64,000 nucleotides of DNA from positions 20,964 through 84,963 of the forward strand of contig CADASF010000006.1 in assembly GCA_902790465.1 (NCBI GenBank). The letters are read 5' to 3'. Under the pieces are notes generated by a model. The model was not told the DNA's origin, did not search any database, and was given only the letters and a program-made list of their open reading frames with translations. Origin of the DNA: an uncultured bacterium (lineage in GTDB: Bacteria > Vulcanimicrobiota > CADAWZ01). Below, piece after piece: positions 37,325 to 47,870 of this stretch (the first letter of the stretch is position 1; every line of letters starts with the position of its first letter). The translations under genes were made by a program, and so were the position numbers.

Positions 37325-38974
37325 ATGCCAATAAAAGCAAAGGGAAATACAAAGGGGCTAAAACCACTTCAGAAAAAGCTTGTTGATAAACTATTTGAAA
37401 GAAAATTGAATCCTAAATCAGCTATAAGTCCTGAATTTGCAAAGGCCTTGGCTTCTATTTCTGCTGACATAAAAAGACAGATAGGAATTTTGGTTGACAG
37501 AAAAGGACATGTTGTTGATGTTTTTATCGGAACAGCAAAAGGAGTTGTTATAAGCGATTTTGGAAGATATAGAGCTGGGGCTTCAAGACTTAGAGGACTT
37601 AGGCTCATACATACAAGACTTTTTGAAAATTCATTAAATACAGATGATTCCTCTGATCTTGTTCTTTTGAGACTTGATATGATCATCTCATTGGAAGTTT
37701 TAGAATCTGGGCTTCCAGGTGGTCTTACAATAGCAAATCTTCTTCCATTTAAAAATGACGGCAAGATATATGAAGAAAATGTATATAATTCTGTTTCTGC
37801 TGTAAATTTTGATTTCATAAGATTTATTGAAGACCTTGAAAATGAGATTGAATTTTCAACAGAATCACAAAAGACTGATGATTCATCAAAAAGAGCTATC
37901 TTAATTCATGTTTCTACAGATAAGGATGAAGATTCAGATTATGCTATGGAAGAATTAAAAGAACTTGCAACATCTGCAGGAATACATATTATTGAAGCGA
38001 TAGTTCAGCACAGAAAAGAACTCGATCCAAAATATGTCATCGGTAAAGGCAAAATAAAAGAAATATTGCTTTTATCAATGGAGAAAAATGCAAATTTAAT
38101 CGTTTTTGACAGTTGTCTTTCTGCTTCACAAATGCGATCTATTGAGGCTGAAACTGGTATTGAAACAATAGACAGAACTCAGATGATTCTCGATATTTTT
38201 GCAAGAAGAGCAAAGAGCAGAGAAGGAAAATTACAAGTAAAACTTGCACAATTGAAATATAGTCTTCCTCGATTGACTGCAAAAGACGATTTTACTTCAA
38301 GAATAACTGGCGGAGCTGGTGGCATTCGTTCAAGAGGACCTGGGGAAACTAAATTAGAGATAAGTAAAAGAAGGGTTAGAGAATCAATAACATCACTTGA
38401 AAAAGAACTAAAAGAGATAGCAGAAGCAGAAAAGGAACGGAGAAAAAAGAGAGATAAAAGTGATATTCCAATTATTTCTATCGTGGGATATACAAATTCT
38501 GGAAAATCAACATTGTTAAATACTTTGACTCAAAGTGATACATATACAGAAGAAAGAATGTTTGCAACTCTTGATACTGCAACTAAAAGGGTTAGATTTC
38601 CTAAAGATACAGATATAATAGTAACAGATACTGTTGGATTTATAAGAGATCTTCCAGAAGAGCTTATTTCTGCATTTAGAGCTACACTTGATGAAATGTG
38701 TGATTCTGATATATTGATTCATCTTTTTGATATTTCTTCAAAAGGTTGGAAAGAACAGATTGCTTCTGTAAATAATATTTTGGGTGAGCTTGCACTTGAT
38801 AATATTCCAGTCATACTTGTTGGAAATAAAATAGATATAGCAGATATTGATACAGCACTTGAAATTCAAAAAGAGACATCTTGTCTTTTAGTTAGTGCAA
38901 AAGAAAAACAGAGTTTAAAACCACTTTTTAATGTTTTAGAAAAGAAAATAAGAGAGGTTTTGGAAAATGAATGA
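37325..38974 (+). CDS. hflX: GTPase HflX (long form with N-terminal extension)
   Basis: ILDIFARRA, RGPGETKLE, VGYTNSGKST, FATLD, DTVGFI, NKID. Confidence 0.93.
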   Translation: MPIKAKGNTKGLKPLQKKLVDKLFERKLNPKSAISPEFAKALASISADIKRQIGILVDRKGHVVDVFIGTAKGVVISDFGRYRAGASRLRGLRLIHTRLFENSLNTDDSSDLVLLRLDMIISLEVLESGLPGGLTIANLLPFKNDGKIYEENVYNSVSAVNFDFIRFIEDLENEIEFSTESQKTDDSSKRAILIHVSTDKDEDSDYAMEELKELATSAGIHIIEAIVQHRKELDPKYVIGKGKIKEILLLSMEKNANLIVFDSCLSASQMRSIEAETGIETIDRTQMILDIFARRAKSREGKLQVKLAQLKYSLPRLTAKDDFTSRITGGAGGIRSRGPGETKLEISKRRVRESITSLEKELKEIAEAEKERRKKRDKSDIPIISIVGYTNSGKSTLLNTLTQSDTYTEERMFATLDTATKRVRFPKDTDIIVTDTVGFIRDLPEELISAFRATLDEMCDSDILIHLFDISSKGWKEQIASVNNILGELALDNIPVILVGNKIDIADIDTALEIQKETSCLLVSAKEKQSLKPLFNVLEKKIREVLENE

Positions 38975-39923
38975 AAGTAAAGATGAAAGTAAAGTTACCA
39001 TAAAAAGTTCCTTCTTGATAGGTTTAATAGTATTTGCTCTTATATTATTAATTACAGTTGTTTTTTTATTTGGTTTTTTGATAGGTTCTGGTAAAAATAA
39101 ACAAACAATAGTAACCAAAATAGATGAATTTACAATTGGAAATTCATCTGGAAATAAAGAAAATATTACTAATACAAATGCCATTACACAAAGGGAAGAT
39201 AATTTTAAACAAAATAAAAAAAATGAAAATCTTTCAACACAAAAAGAAGAAGATAAAGATACAGCTTTAAAAAGACTTGGTTTTGTTCCTTATGGACATA
39301 AAAAAGAAGAGTCAAGTAAATCATCATCTTATAGTTCATCAAGTAAAAATGACGAAAGTAAAAAAGATACAAGAAATTTAAGTGCATTGTTTAGCTCAGT
39401 CAATGAGGATGAATCAAGCAGTTTTAAAAGTAATAGTAATTTAACTACTTCAAATCAAATAAATTCAAGTTCTAATTACACTACTTCATCATCACAAAAT
39501 TATTCCACAAATAATGTTTCATCTGAATCAGGAAAAGAAGCTGTTAAAAATTATTTTATGGAATTGGAATTAAAATTGGCTGGAAGTAAAACTTGGAGTG
39601 ATCCCAATCAATTTGCAGAACAACTGTTAAAATCTGCAATGAGTGGAGATTTTTCTGATTTAAATGAGCTTACTGCAAATATGAAAAGGGTTGCAAATGA
39701 TATATCAAGAATGAGTGTTCCTGCTGAATGTGCAGAACATCGAGATGCTGTAGTTAATTCTTTAAATGACTCAATAAGTATTTTGAATAAGGTTAAAAGA
39801 GGAATTAATGAAGGTGATATGAATATTATAATGTCCTTGACTTCAGAGGCAGATAGAATAAAAGCATCTGCTGGAAGATCAGATGAATTGATGAAGCAAT
39901 TAAAATCGAAATATAATATATAA
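38967..39923 (+). CDS. Membrane-anchored hypothetical protein with Ser-rich linker
   Basis: One N-terminal TM helix, Ser/Asn-rich middle, helical C-terminus. Confidence 0.7.
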   Translation: MNESKDESKVTIKSSFLIGLIVFALILLITVVFLFGFLIGSGKNKQTIVTKIDEFTIGNSSGNKENITNTNAITQREDNFKQNKKNENLSTQKEEDKDTALKRLGFVPYGHKKEESSKSSSYSSSSKNDESKKDTRNLSALFSSVNEDESSSFKSNSNLTTSNQINSSSNYTTSSSQNYSTNNVSSESGKEAVKNYFMELELKLAGSKTWSDPNQFAEQLLKSAMSGDFSDLNELTANMKRVANDISRMSVPAECAEHRDAVVNSLNDSISILNKVKRGINEGDMNIIMSLTSEADRIKASAGRSDELMKQLKSKYNI

Positions 39924-40102
39924 AAAATCGTGAAATAATATATAATATATGCAGGATTTTAATATTAAAATATATAAAATAATAAAAATAGAATGTTATT
40001 GTATTCCTGTAATATTTATTACAAATGTGAAAAAAGTTCTGTTTATTACTACGGTAAAATATTCCGTCATTTTAAGTGGATATTATTGGAGAGGAGTATC
40101 TG

Positions 40103-40690
40103 ATGAGGGATTATTATTTAGAGCTTGGTGTAAAACCATCTGATGATATAGAAGATATAAGAAAAGAATTTACAAAACAGTCAAGAGCTATTGGTAGCAA
40201 ATCAGAAAAAGAACAGATTGCTTTTTTTAATGCTTGGAAAATTATTCAAGATGTTGACAAAAGAAAAGAATATGATGAGCAACCTCAATTTCAACTGAGA
40301 AAAACAAGTCCTCGTTTAACTGCGGGAACTAAAAAGAAAGGCGGAGAACGTCAGCAGTTCAGATGGGGTATTCCATTGATGGAAATATTGATGATGCCTT
40401 TCAAAAAAGAAGAAAATACAGAAGAAATTCAAACTCCAGAAGAAAAGGCAAATCTTCATTTTACTCAGGGCGTTTTATATGCTGGTGATGTTGCTACATT
40501 TGTACAAGCCAAAGATGAGTTTAAAGCAGTCCTTGATATTATTCCTGATCTTGAAGAAGGTCAATATAATTATGCCATAATGTGCTATAAAATGGGACAA
40601 TTTAAACAAGCTCTTGAATGTTTTCGTAAATATTCAACTGCATTCCCAAAAGATTTACAAGCTAAGAAAATGATAACATTACTTGAATAA
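40103..40690 (+). CDS. J-domain-like plus TPR protein
   Basis: MRDYYLELGV...AWKII.D..KRKEYD; TPR helices at C-terminus; ATG 40103 after GAGGAG. Confidence 0.7.
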   Translation: MRDYYLELGVKPSDDIEDIRKEFTKQSRAIGSKSEKEQIAFFNAWKIIQDVDKRKEYDEQPQFQLRKTSPRLTAGTKKKGGERQQFRWGIPLMEILMMPFKKEENTEEIQTPEEKANLHFTQGVLYAGDVATFVQAKDEFKAVLDIIPDLEEGQYNYAIMCYKMGQFKQALECFRKYSTAFPKDLQAKKMITLLE

Positions 40691-40798
40691 TATAAGTTTT
40701 TTATTGCCTTTGACATTATGTTAAAGGCTTTTTTTTGTCAAAAAATAGGGAGTTTATTATACTCCTTATAAAAAAAAATAAAAGGAAGGTATTAAGAT

Positions 40799-43700
40799 TT
40801 GCTTACAACAGAAAAAATAGATTTCAAATCTTCTCTATCTGAATCATTAAAAGTTATAGATAAAGAGCTTTTTAATGTAATAGACCTTGAAGACAAAAGA
40901 CAAGAGAAAAAGTTGATAATGATCGCCTCTGAAAGCGAATGTCTTAAGCCAGTAAGAGATGTTTTATCATGTTCATTTACAAATATATATGCTGAAGGTT
41001 ATCCTTCACGCAGACTTTTGAGGGAGACAACAGAAAATCTTCCAGACCTCGACGATCAACTTTCATATCTAAGGCGTTATTCAGATAGACGTTATTACAA
41101 GGGCGTTGAATATGCTGATGTTCTTGAATCCCTTGCATGTCGAAGAGTAGCAGCTCTTTTTGCAAATGAAAATGTAAAGGCTTCTGAGATCTTTGTAAAT
41201 GTTCAATCACTTTCAGGTGCTGCTGCAAATAATGCTGTATATGAAGCATTTGTAGAACCTGGTGATACTGTAATGGGCATGGATTTGAGTCATGGCGGAC
41301 ATTTAACACATGGAAGCCAAGCAAACAGATCAGGCAAAGTTTATAATATAGTTCCATATCATGCAGATATTGAAACAGGCGAAATTGATTTCAAAGAAAT
41401 TGAAGAACTTGCAAACAAACACAAACCCAAAATGATAATTGCAGGCTACAGTGCATTTCCTCGTATCATTGATTGGAAGAGATTCAGAGACATAGCCCAT
41501 TCTGTTGGTGCAATATTACTCGCAGATATTTCACATATTGCTGGACCAATCGTTGGAGGAGCATTCCCTTCACCTGTTGGAATTGCAGATGTAGTTTCAT
41601 TTACAACACATAAAACACTTTGTGGTCCTCGTGGAGCTGTAATTCTTACAACAAGAGAAGATTATGGAGATAAAATAAATAATGCTGTTTTCCCAGGTGA
41701 GCAAGGTGGTCCACATCTAAACTCAATAGCAGCAAAAGCACTTCTCTTTAGACTTGCAAATACAGACGGATTTAAAGAAATGCAAAAACAAGTCGTCAAA
41801 AATGCAAAAGTTCTTGCTGATTCATTTGTAAAAGCAGGTTGTAAATTGGCATTTGGTGGCACAGATTCACATATGGTTCTTTTGGACATAAGAAAAATAA
41901 TGGGACCAGATGGATTCAATTTGAGAGGTGAAATAGCTTCAAGAGTTCTCGATATGTGTGGAATAACATGTAACAAAAATACAATACCAGGTGATACAAA
42001 TGCCGTTCACCCAGGTGCATTGAGATTTGGAACAACATGGCTTACCCAAAGAGGATTCAAAGAAGAAGATATTGCTGAACTCGGTGATATAATTACAACT
42101 CTACTAAAATCAATGGTTCCATACAAATATCTTGAAATTTCAGGTGATGTAGGAAGAGCTAAAACTCCTCTAAGTGTAATTGAATCAACTTATGATAGAG
42201 TTCAAAAACTTATAAACAAAGTTGAGAATAGAACAGAAGAGAAAAAAGAAAAAATAGAAATTCCTGCTCGTTATCCAAATTTCAATAGAGAAGCTCCTGC
42301 TTTTGTAACAGATGCATCAAAGAATGGAATAATTGAAATAAGAGGAGATAGGTGTGAATATTTCCTCGATGAAGTTTTGACATTCAGTGCTTCTGCAATG
42401 CCTATAGGTAAAGCTAAAGTTGGATTTGTTTTGACATCTGATGGAAAAGTTTGCAGTTTTGTAAATGTATGTAAAGTTGCAGACAAAAAATATATCATAA
42501 TAACTCCTCCAAATACAGCAGATAAACTTGTTGTTATTTTAAAAGGTCTTTCAGATGGCTATATAATGTTTGATGAAAAAGACATCTATGCAAAAATTCA
42601 AGGACCATGTGTTGTAAAAGACAGAAGAATTTTTGATGGTTACTTCCAATTTTCAGATATAGATGACCGTTTGACAGCTGTTGAAGTATTTGCTAAAGGC
42701 GAAATTGCTGAAAAATTGGCAAAGATAGGAGCAGATATTCCTGCAGGTAAATATTCTGAAGCAAAATTATTTGGAATAAATTGTCAAATAGCAGTTTGCT
42801 CTTGCAGACATCGTGCTGTAATTCTTGTAAAACCTGATGATGTAAAAGAACTTTGGAAAAATTTGATTTCAAATGGATTTGAAGCCGTCGGTTCCGAAGA
42901 TACAAAAGAACTTCTTGAATCAATAATGGAATTCAAGCCTTACAAAGCACAGACAGCAGATGAAGCATTTGAAATAGACAAAGAGTCAAAAATGGATATG
43001 ATCGACATGACAAAACCATATTTCTTGGGAATGTCATATCTAAATGAAAAATATCCTTGTGAAAATGACAAAAAAGCATTTGAATATGTCGAAAAAGAAG
43101 AACCATTGAAAAAGACTCTTCTTTATGACAAACATGTTGCTTTGAAAGCACGCATGGCTCCATTTGCAGGCTATTCAATGCCAGTTTGGTATTCAGGCAT
43201 AAATGATGAACACAATGCCATGAGAACTTCAGCAGGTCTTTTTGATGTAGGACACATGGGAATCCTTTCATTTGAAGGACCAGATGCATGCAGATTCATT
43301 GACACATTGACTTCAAATTACATTCCAAAACTTCTCAATGGTCAATCACAGTATGGTTATTTACTCGATGCTTTTGGCAAAGTAATAGACGACATTATGC
43401 TTTACAAGAGAGCGGAAGACAAATTTATGCTTGTTGTAAATGCAGCAAACTTTGACAAAGTAAAGAGATATTTAAAAGGTGTTGTTGATGGTGAATACTT
43501 CCTCGACAGTGAATGTAAATCTAAAGAAATCCACAAGAGAGTTACAATAAAAGACCTCTCAGCTGAAGAAGCAGGAAAAGACAGAAAAGCAGATTTAGCT
43601 TTCCAAGGACCAAAATCACAAGAAGTTCTCGCTTTGCTTTTAGATGATGTTGAAAGAAAACGCTTCTTACAGGTAAAGAAAAATGAATTCATTGAAACAA

Positions 43701-44347
43701 AGATAAAAGATATGGATGTCATTATCTCTCGCACTGGATACACAGGAGAAGATGTAGGCTATGAACTCTATCTAAATCCAAATGATTCTATCAAAATGTG
43801 GGATTTGATACTCGAAGTTGGAAAAGACTTTGGAGTTAAACCATGTGGTTTAGGTTGTAGAGATTCAGCAAGAACAGAGGCTGGTCTTCCACTCTATGGT
43901 CATGAATTGGCAGGAGATTATGGTATATCTCCAAATGAAGCAGGATATGCCCCATTTGTAAAGTTCCACAAACCATTCTTTGTAGGAAGAAGAGCATTGC
44001 TCGAAGCCGAAAAGACAAGAAAAATGGAACTTGTAAGATTCTCTCTTGTAAATAAAAATGCAAGACCAATCAAACATGGTTCTGTACTTGTAAGCAAAAG
44101 AGGAGAGACAATGGGTTATGTTACAAGTTCTGTCATCATAAATGGTTGGCAGGTTGGTCTTGCCTATGTTTCAAAGAAACACACAGCCCCAGGTACAAGA
44201 GCAGAAGTCTTTATTTTGGGTGGCAAAAATACAGAAAAACAAAAAGACCAATTAAAACCTGGTGATAGAATCCTTCTTTCAGAAGAAGCTGTCATTATGA
44301 CACGCTTCCCTTCAAAAGAAGAATTTGAAGAGAGATATAATAGATAA
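40799..44347 (+). CDS. glyA: Fusion of serine hydroxymethyltransferase (GlyA) and glycine cleavage T protein (GcvT)
   Basis: IASE, YAEGYP, GGHLTHG, FTTHKTL (PLP lysine), FPGEQGGP; C-terminal FAGYSMPVWY, GLFDVGHMG, SRTGYTGED, GLGCRDSARTEAG. Confidence 0.92.
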   Translation: MLTTEKIDFKSSLSESLKVIDKELFNVIDLEDKRQEKKLIMIASESECLKPVRDVLSCSFTNIYAEGYPSRRLLRETTENLPDLDDQLSYLRRYSDRRYYKGVEYADVLESLACRRVAALFANENVKASEIFVNVQSLSGAAANNAVYEAFVEPGDTVMGMDLSHGGHLTHGSQANRSGKVYNIVPYHADIETGEIDFKEIEELANKHKPKMIIAGYSAFPRIIDWKRFRDIAHSVGAILLADISHIAGPIVGGAFPSPVGIADVVSFTTHKTLCGPRGAVILTTREDYGDKINNAVFPGEQGGPHLNSIAAKALLFRLANTDGFKEMQKQVVKNAKVLADSFVKAGCKLAFGGTDSHMVLLDIRKIMGPDGFNLRGEIASRVLDMCGITCNKNTIPGDTNAVHPGALRFGTTWLTQRGFKEEDIAELGDIITTLLKSMVPYKYLEISGDVGRAKTPLSVIESTYDRVQKLINKVENRTEEKKEKIEIPARYPNFNREAPAFVTDASKNGIIEIRGDRCEYFLDEVLTFSASAMPIGKAKVGFVLTSDGKVCSFVNVCKVADKKYIIITPPNTADKLVVILKGLSDGYIMFDEKDIYAKIQGPCVVKDRRIFDGYFQFSDIDDRLTAVEVFAKGEIAEKLAKIGADIPAGKYSEAKLFGINCQIAVCSCRHRAVILVKPDDVKELWKNLISNGFEAVGSEDTKELLESIMEFKPYKAQTADEAFEIDKESKMDMIDMTKPYFLGMSYLNEKYPCENDKKAFEYVEKEEPLKKTLLYDKHVALKARMAPFAGYSMPVWYSGINDEHNAMRTSAGLFDVGHMGILSFEGPDACRFIDTLTSNYIPKLLNGQSQYGYLLDAFGKVIDDIMLYKRAEDKFMLVVNAANFDKVKRYLKGVVDGEYFLDSECKSKEIHKRVTIKDLSAEEAGKDRKADLAFQGPKSQEVLALLLDDVERKRFLQVKKNEFIETKIKDMDVIISRTGYTGEDVGYELYLNPNDSIKMWDLILEVGKDFGVKPCGLGCRDSARTEAGLPLYGHELAGDYGISPNEAGYAPFVKFHKPFFVGRRALLEAEKTRKMELVRFSLVNKNARPIKHGSVLVSKRGETMGYVTSSVIINGWQVGLAYVSKKHTAPGTRAEVFILGGKNTEKQKDQLKPGDRILLSEEAVIMTRFPSKEEFEERYNR

Positions 44348-44458
44348 AATTTTGTCATAAAATAAAAAGTGGGGTGTGAAGTTTTTTATTTCACACCCCA
44401 TAAAATTTTATTTTATAGAAGTTTTATGCAAAAGTGAATAAAGTATTATAAAAATATT

Positions 44459-44908
44459 ATGTTAAATATAAAAAAAATATCAATTATAGCAATTTGTTTT
44501 ATTATTATTTTATCGTGTAAGATCAATGCAAATCCAATATTTGTCAATTCTTTACACAAAGATTTTAAAGAAAATGGATATAAAGTTACTTTTTATATCG
44601 GTTTAAATGATAGAGAAAAATATGTACAGCTTATTTCTTCAGATGATGCTGAAAATATATTACAAAATATTTTACTAAAATATATAGAAGGTTTTACCAT
44701 TTTAAAATCAAAAGGAGTTTGGCATGATGGTAAGCAAATTACTTTTGAAAATGGATTTATTATAATAGTATATTTTGATATTTCAGATAGAGAATTTTTA
44801 GAAGAATATGCTTCTTTTATCTCTGAAGAAATAACAGAAAAATTGAATCAATCTTCTGTTTTAGTTGAATTTACTCCAATAAATAGTAAATTTATAGATC
44901 ATAAATAG
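44459..44908 (+). CDS. Exported hypothetical protein (DUF3574-like)
   Basis: FYIGLND, GFTILKSKGVW, LNQSSVL. Confidence 0.6.
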   Translation: MLNIKKISIIAICFIIILSCKINANPIFVNSLHKDFKENGYKVTFYIGLNDREKYVQLISSDDAENILQNILLKYIEGFTILKSKGVWHDGKQITFENGFIIIVYFDISDREFLEEYASFISEEITEKLNQSSVLVEFTPINSKFIDHK

Positions 44909-44961
44909 AATTTGCAGAAAAATACAAAATGAAAAACATACATAGATGAAAGGTTTTTATT

Positions 44962-45948
44962 ATGAAAATAACAGCTCCTGTCAGGATTGATTTAGCTGGT
45001 GGAACACTTGATATTCATCCACTATATATATTTGAAGATGGTTCTTCTGTTGTAAATATTGCAATAGCCCCTGGAACTGAAGTGAATATTGAAAAAAGAG
45101 ATGATAAAAAAATTTTTCTTAGATCAGATGATTTAGGAATTGAAGAAGAATATTCTAATTATTCTGAAATTGATGTTGATTCAAAACTTGGTCTTTTGGG
45201 AAGTGCTGTAAAATTTTTTGAACTTGATTATGGCTTGAATATATCAACATTTAGTAATGTTCCAAAAGGTTCTGGTCTTGCTGCTTCATCTTCTATGCTT
45301 GTTGCTTTGATGTATGGGCTTATGAAATTAAAAGGAATTGAAGTTGATTCAAATACTTTTATTGACTGGTGTGCAAATATTGAAGCAAGACTTCTTGGAA
45401 TTCCAACAGGTAAACAAGATTATTATGCTGCATATTTTGGTGGATTAAATAATATCAATTTCAATTCTCGTGGAATTGTAAATGAAAATTATAAAGTGTC
45501 TGATTTTAAAATAGAAGATTATATAATATTGTCTTTTACTGGAATTTCTCATTTTTCAGGAACAAATAATTGGGCTATGATGAAAAGATATATAGATGAT
45601 GCTGAAAATTCGAGAAAATCAATGCATAAAATAAAAGAGACAGCTATAAAAATGCACAAGGCAGTTCTATCAAAAGATATAAATGAGATTGCAAAAGTAT
45701 TAAATGAGGAATGGGAAAATAGAAAAAAGTTGGCTGATGGCGTTTCAAATGAAAAGATAGATAAGATCGTTGAAAATGCCAAGAAATCAGGTGCATTGGC
45801 ATCAAAAATATGTGGTGCAGGCGGTGGAGGTTGCCTTATAACTCTTTGTAATCCTAAAGATAGAGAAAATGTAATAATAGCATTAAAAGAAGCTGGGGCT
45901 GAAATATTGGATTTTAAGTTGGCAAATTGCGGAGTAAAAATTTTTTAA
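44962..45948 (+). CDS. GHMP-family sugar kinase (HddA-like)
   Basis: APVRIDLAGG, PKGSGLAASS, GKQDYY, KICGAGGGG. Confidence 0.88.
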   Translation: MKITAPVRIDLAGGTLDIHPLYIFEDGSSVVNIAIAPGTEVNIEKRDDKKIFLRSDDLGIEEEYSNYSEIDVDSKLGLLGSAVKFFELDYGLNISTFSNVPKGSGLAASSSMLVALMYGLMKLKGIEVDSNTFIDWCANIEARLLGIPTGKQDYYAAYFGGLNNINFNSRGIVNENYKVSDFKIEDYIILSFTGISHFSGTNNWAMMKRYIDDAENSRKSMHKIKETAIKMHKAVLSKDINEIAKVLNEEWENRKKLADGVSNEKIDKIVENAKKSGALASKICGAGGGGCLITLCNPKDRENVIIALKEAGAEILDFKLANCGVKIF

Positions 45949-45977
45949 AAAAAATTTAAAAAATTGTGAAAAAATGC

Positions 45978-46006
45978 TTGATTTATTTTTCATTTAGTGT
46001 TATAAT
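45978..46006 (+). promoter_or_regulatory. Sigma70-type promoter
   Basis: TTGATT-17 bp-TATAAT with TG extension. Confidence 0.65.
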
Positions 46007-46012
46007 ACAAAA

Positions 46013-46137
46013 TTGTGATAGGGTTTTGACAAACCCGTTAGGAATTGGTTACAATTCTTAAAAATCCAAGAACCTCCTTTCTTGTTTTTGGAATGTCAAC
46101 TCATCTCTGCCGGTGAATCCCGGCAGCTTTTCATTTT
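46013..46137 (+). ncRNA. Candidate small RNA or structured leader
   Basis: Promoter, three hairpins (third loop CCTCCTT) and terminator-like ctgccgg..ccggcag-cttttcatttt. Confidence 0.5.
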
Positions 46138-46211
46138 AATCTCTTCTCTTTTTTGCTCCCATAATTTTAATTATTATGGGAGTTTTTTTTTATAACATAA
46201 TGGAGGATTTT

Positions 46212-47684
46212 ATGGATTCTAATTTACTTCACTTTATATTATCTGAATTAAATACAATGCTTAGTGGTGGAGTTTTAAGACAGATAAAAGAAGAATCAAG
46301 GGGTTGTTTTTTATTTACAATATATACTGGAAGCGAAAAAACTATTTTAATTAGACTTGAAGAATCTGAATTACCTGTAATTTGCCTACAATATGGAAAA
46401 AATCCACCTGCTTCTGTTCCTTCTTCTTTTTGTATGCTTTTAAGAAAATATATATTAAATAGAAGAATTGAGGATATTGTCCAATATGAAACTCAAAAAA
46501 TTGCAATAATTAAATTTTCCGATTCTCTATCTTCTGAATTAGTAATAGATTTTACAAAAAAAAGAGGAAACATGATTTTATTGTGTGGTGAAAAAATAAA
46601 AGGTTCTTATTTTCAACTTGCAGAAAATTCAAGAACTAAAGACAATCAATTTGTATTTCCTCCTTCCAAATTTGAAAATCTAAATCTTCCAAATGTTGAA
46701 GAATTATGTCCTTGCATATTAAATAAAAATGGCAAAAAAGAATATTTTTTAACAGAAGTTGAAAATGCAGAAAAATATTCTTCATTTAATGAAATGTTTT
46801 TCAATTTTGTTTTTGACAAAAAAGAAGAGACAGATTTGGAGACAAAAAAGAAATCTATAATAAGTTTAATAAAAGCCGATTTAAAGAAAATGTCAAGAAG
46901 AAAAGAAGCAATAAAAGGCGATTTAGAAAAACTTATAAAAAATACTGCTAATTGTGATAAGGGAAATACAATACTTGCAAATATTGGATTGATTCCTCAT
47001 AAAGCAGAAATTGTAGAATTACCAAATATATCAAATCCTGATGAGATTTTAAAAATAGAATTAGACCCAAGCAAAAATCCATCTGAAAATGCCCAAGAAT
47101 ATTTTGAAAAATTTAAAAAATCAAAAAGAGGCATTCCAATTTTAGAAGAGAGATTGCAACAGACAGAAGAACATGAGGAATATTTAAATTCATATATTGA
47201 TATTATATCAGAAACTGATAATTTACAAGAATTGGAGGAGATAGAAGACAATTTAAGACATGGAAAACCAATTTCTAAAAATTCTCATGTTCAGATATCT
47301 TCTCCTCGAAAATATAAATTTATGAATTTTACAATAATTTCTGGAAAAAATCCAGAACAAAATGATGAAGTAAGTCTAAAAATAGCAAGTAAAAATGATA
47401 TGTGGTTCCATGCAAGAGGAATGGGGGGAAGTCATGTTATTATCAAATCAGATAAAAATGAAAAACCTCCCAAAGAAGTAATTGTAAGGGCAGCAGAAAT
47501 AGCAGCATATCATTCAAAAGGCAAAAATTCTTCAAAAGTTCAAGTAACACAGACTTTTGCAAGACATGTTCAAAAGAAAAAAGGTATGGCTCCAGGGGCT
47601 GTTAGAGTAACAAAGGAAAATTCAATAACAGTAAATCCAACTAATTATGATTTTCTTGAATGGCTAAAAAAGCAAAATGTGTAA
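46212..47684 (+). CDS. rqcH: Ribosome quality control protein RqcH (NFACT/FbpA family)
   Basis: FCMLLRKY, ENAQEYF.KFKK.KR, GKN..QND, WFHARGMGGSHVII, AAEIAAYHS. Confidence 0.88.
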   Translation: MDSNLLHFILSELNTMLSGGVLRQIKEESRGCFLFTIYTGSEKTILIRLEESELPVICLQYGKNPPASVPSSFCMLLRKYILNRRIEDIVQYETQKIAIIKFSDSLSSELVIDFTKKRGNMILLCGEKIKGSYFQLAENSRTKDNQFVFPPSKFENLNLPNVEELCPCILNKNGKKEYFLTEVENAEKYSSFNEMFFNFVFDKKEETDLETKKKSIISLIKADLKKMSRRKEAIKGDLEKLIKNTANCDKGNTILANIGLIPHKAEIVELPNISNPDEILKIELDPSKNPSENAQEYFEKFKKSKRGIPILEERLQQTEEHEEYLNSYIDIISETDNLQELEEIEDNLRHGKPISKNSHVQISSPRKYKFMNFTIISGKNPEQNDEVSLKIASKNDMWFHARGMGGSHVIIKSDKNEKPPKEVIVRAAEIAAYHSKGKNSSKVQVTQTFARHVQKKKGMAPGAVRVTKENSITVNPTNYDFLEWLKKQNV

Positions 47685-47870
47685 TAATTAGAACATAGAT
47701 TTACCATTATGAATTATGAAAAAATATAGAATAAAAAACAGGTTTTTGGCCATACATATAAAAAAATAAAAATATCAGTTAAAAATAAATCATTAGATTT
47801 TATAGGGTTGTGAAAAATTTACATTATATTTTTTTGCTACCCATTTTTTATAATGGAAAGGTATTTAAGC

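Noticed and set aside
39949-40143. 64-aa ORF upstream of the J-like gene
   Set aside because: No RBS, AT-rich promoter DNA, overlaps the next gene's RBS
46013-46137. Hairpin cluster as tRNA-Sec, SRP RNA or a type I toxin locus
   Set aside because: No cloverleaf with UCA anticodon, no SRP domain IV motif, and the antisense AAGGAGG is followed only by a 3-codon frame
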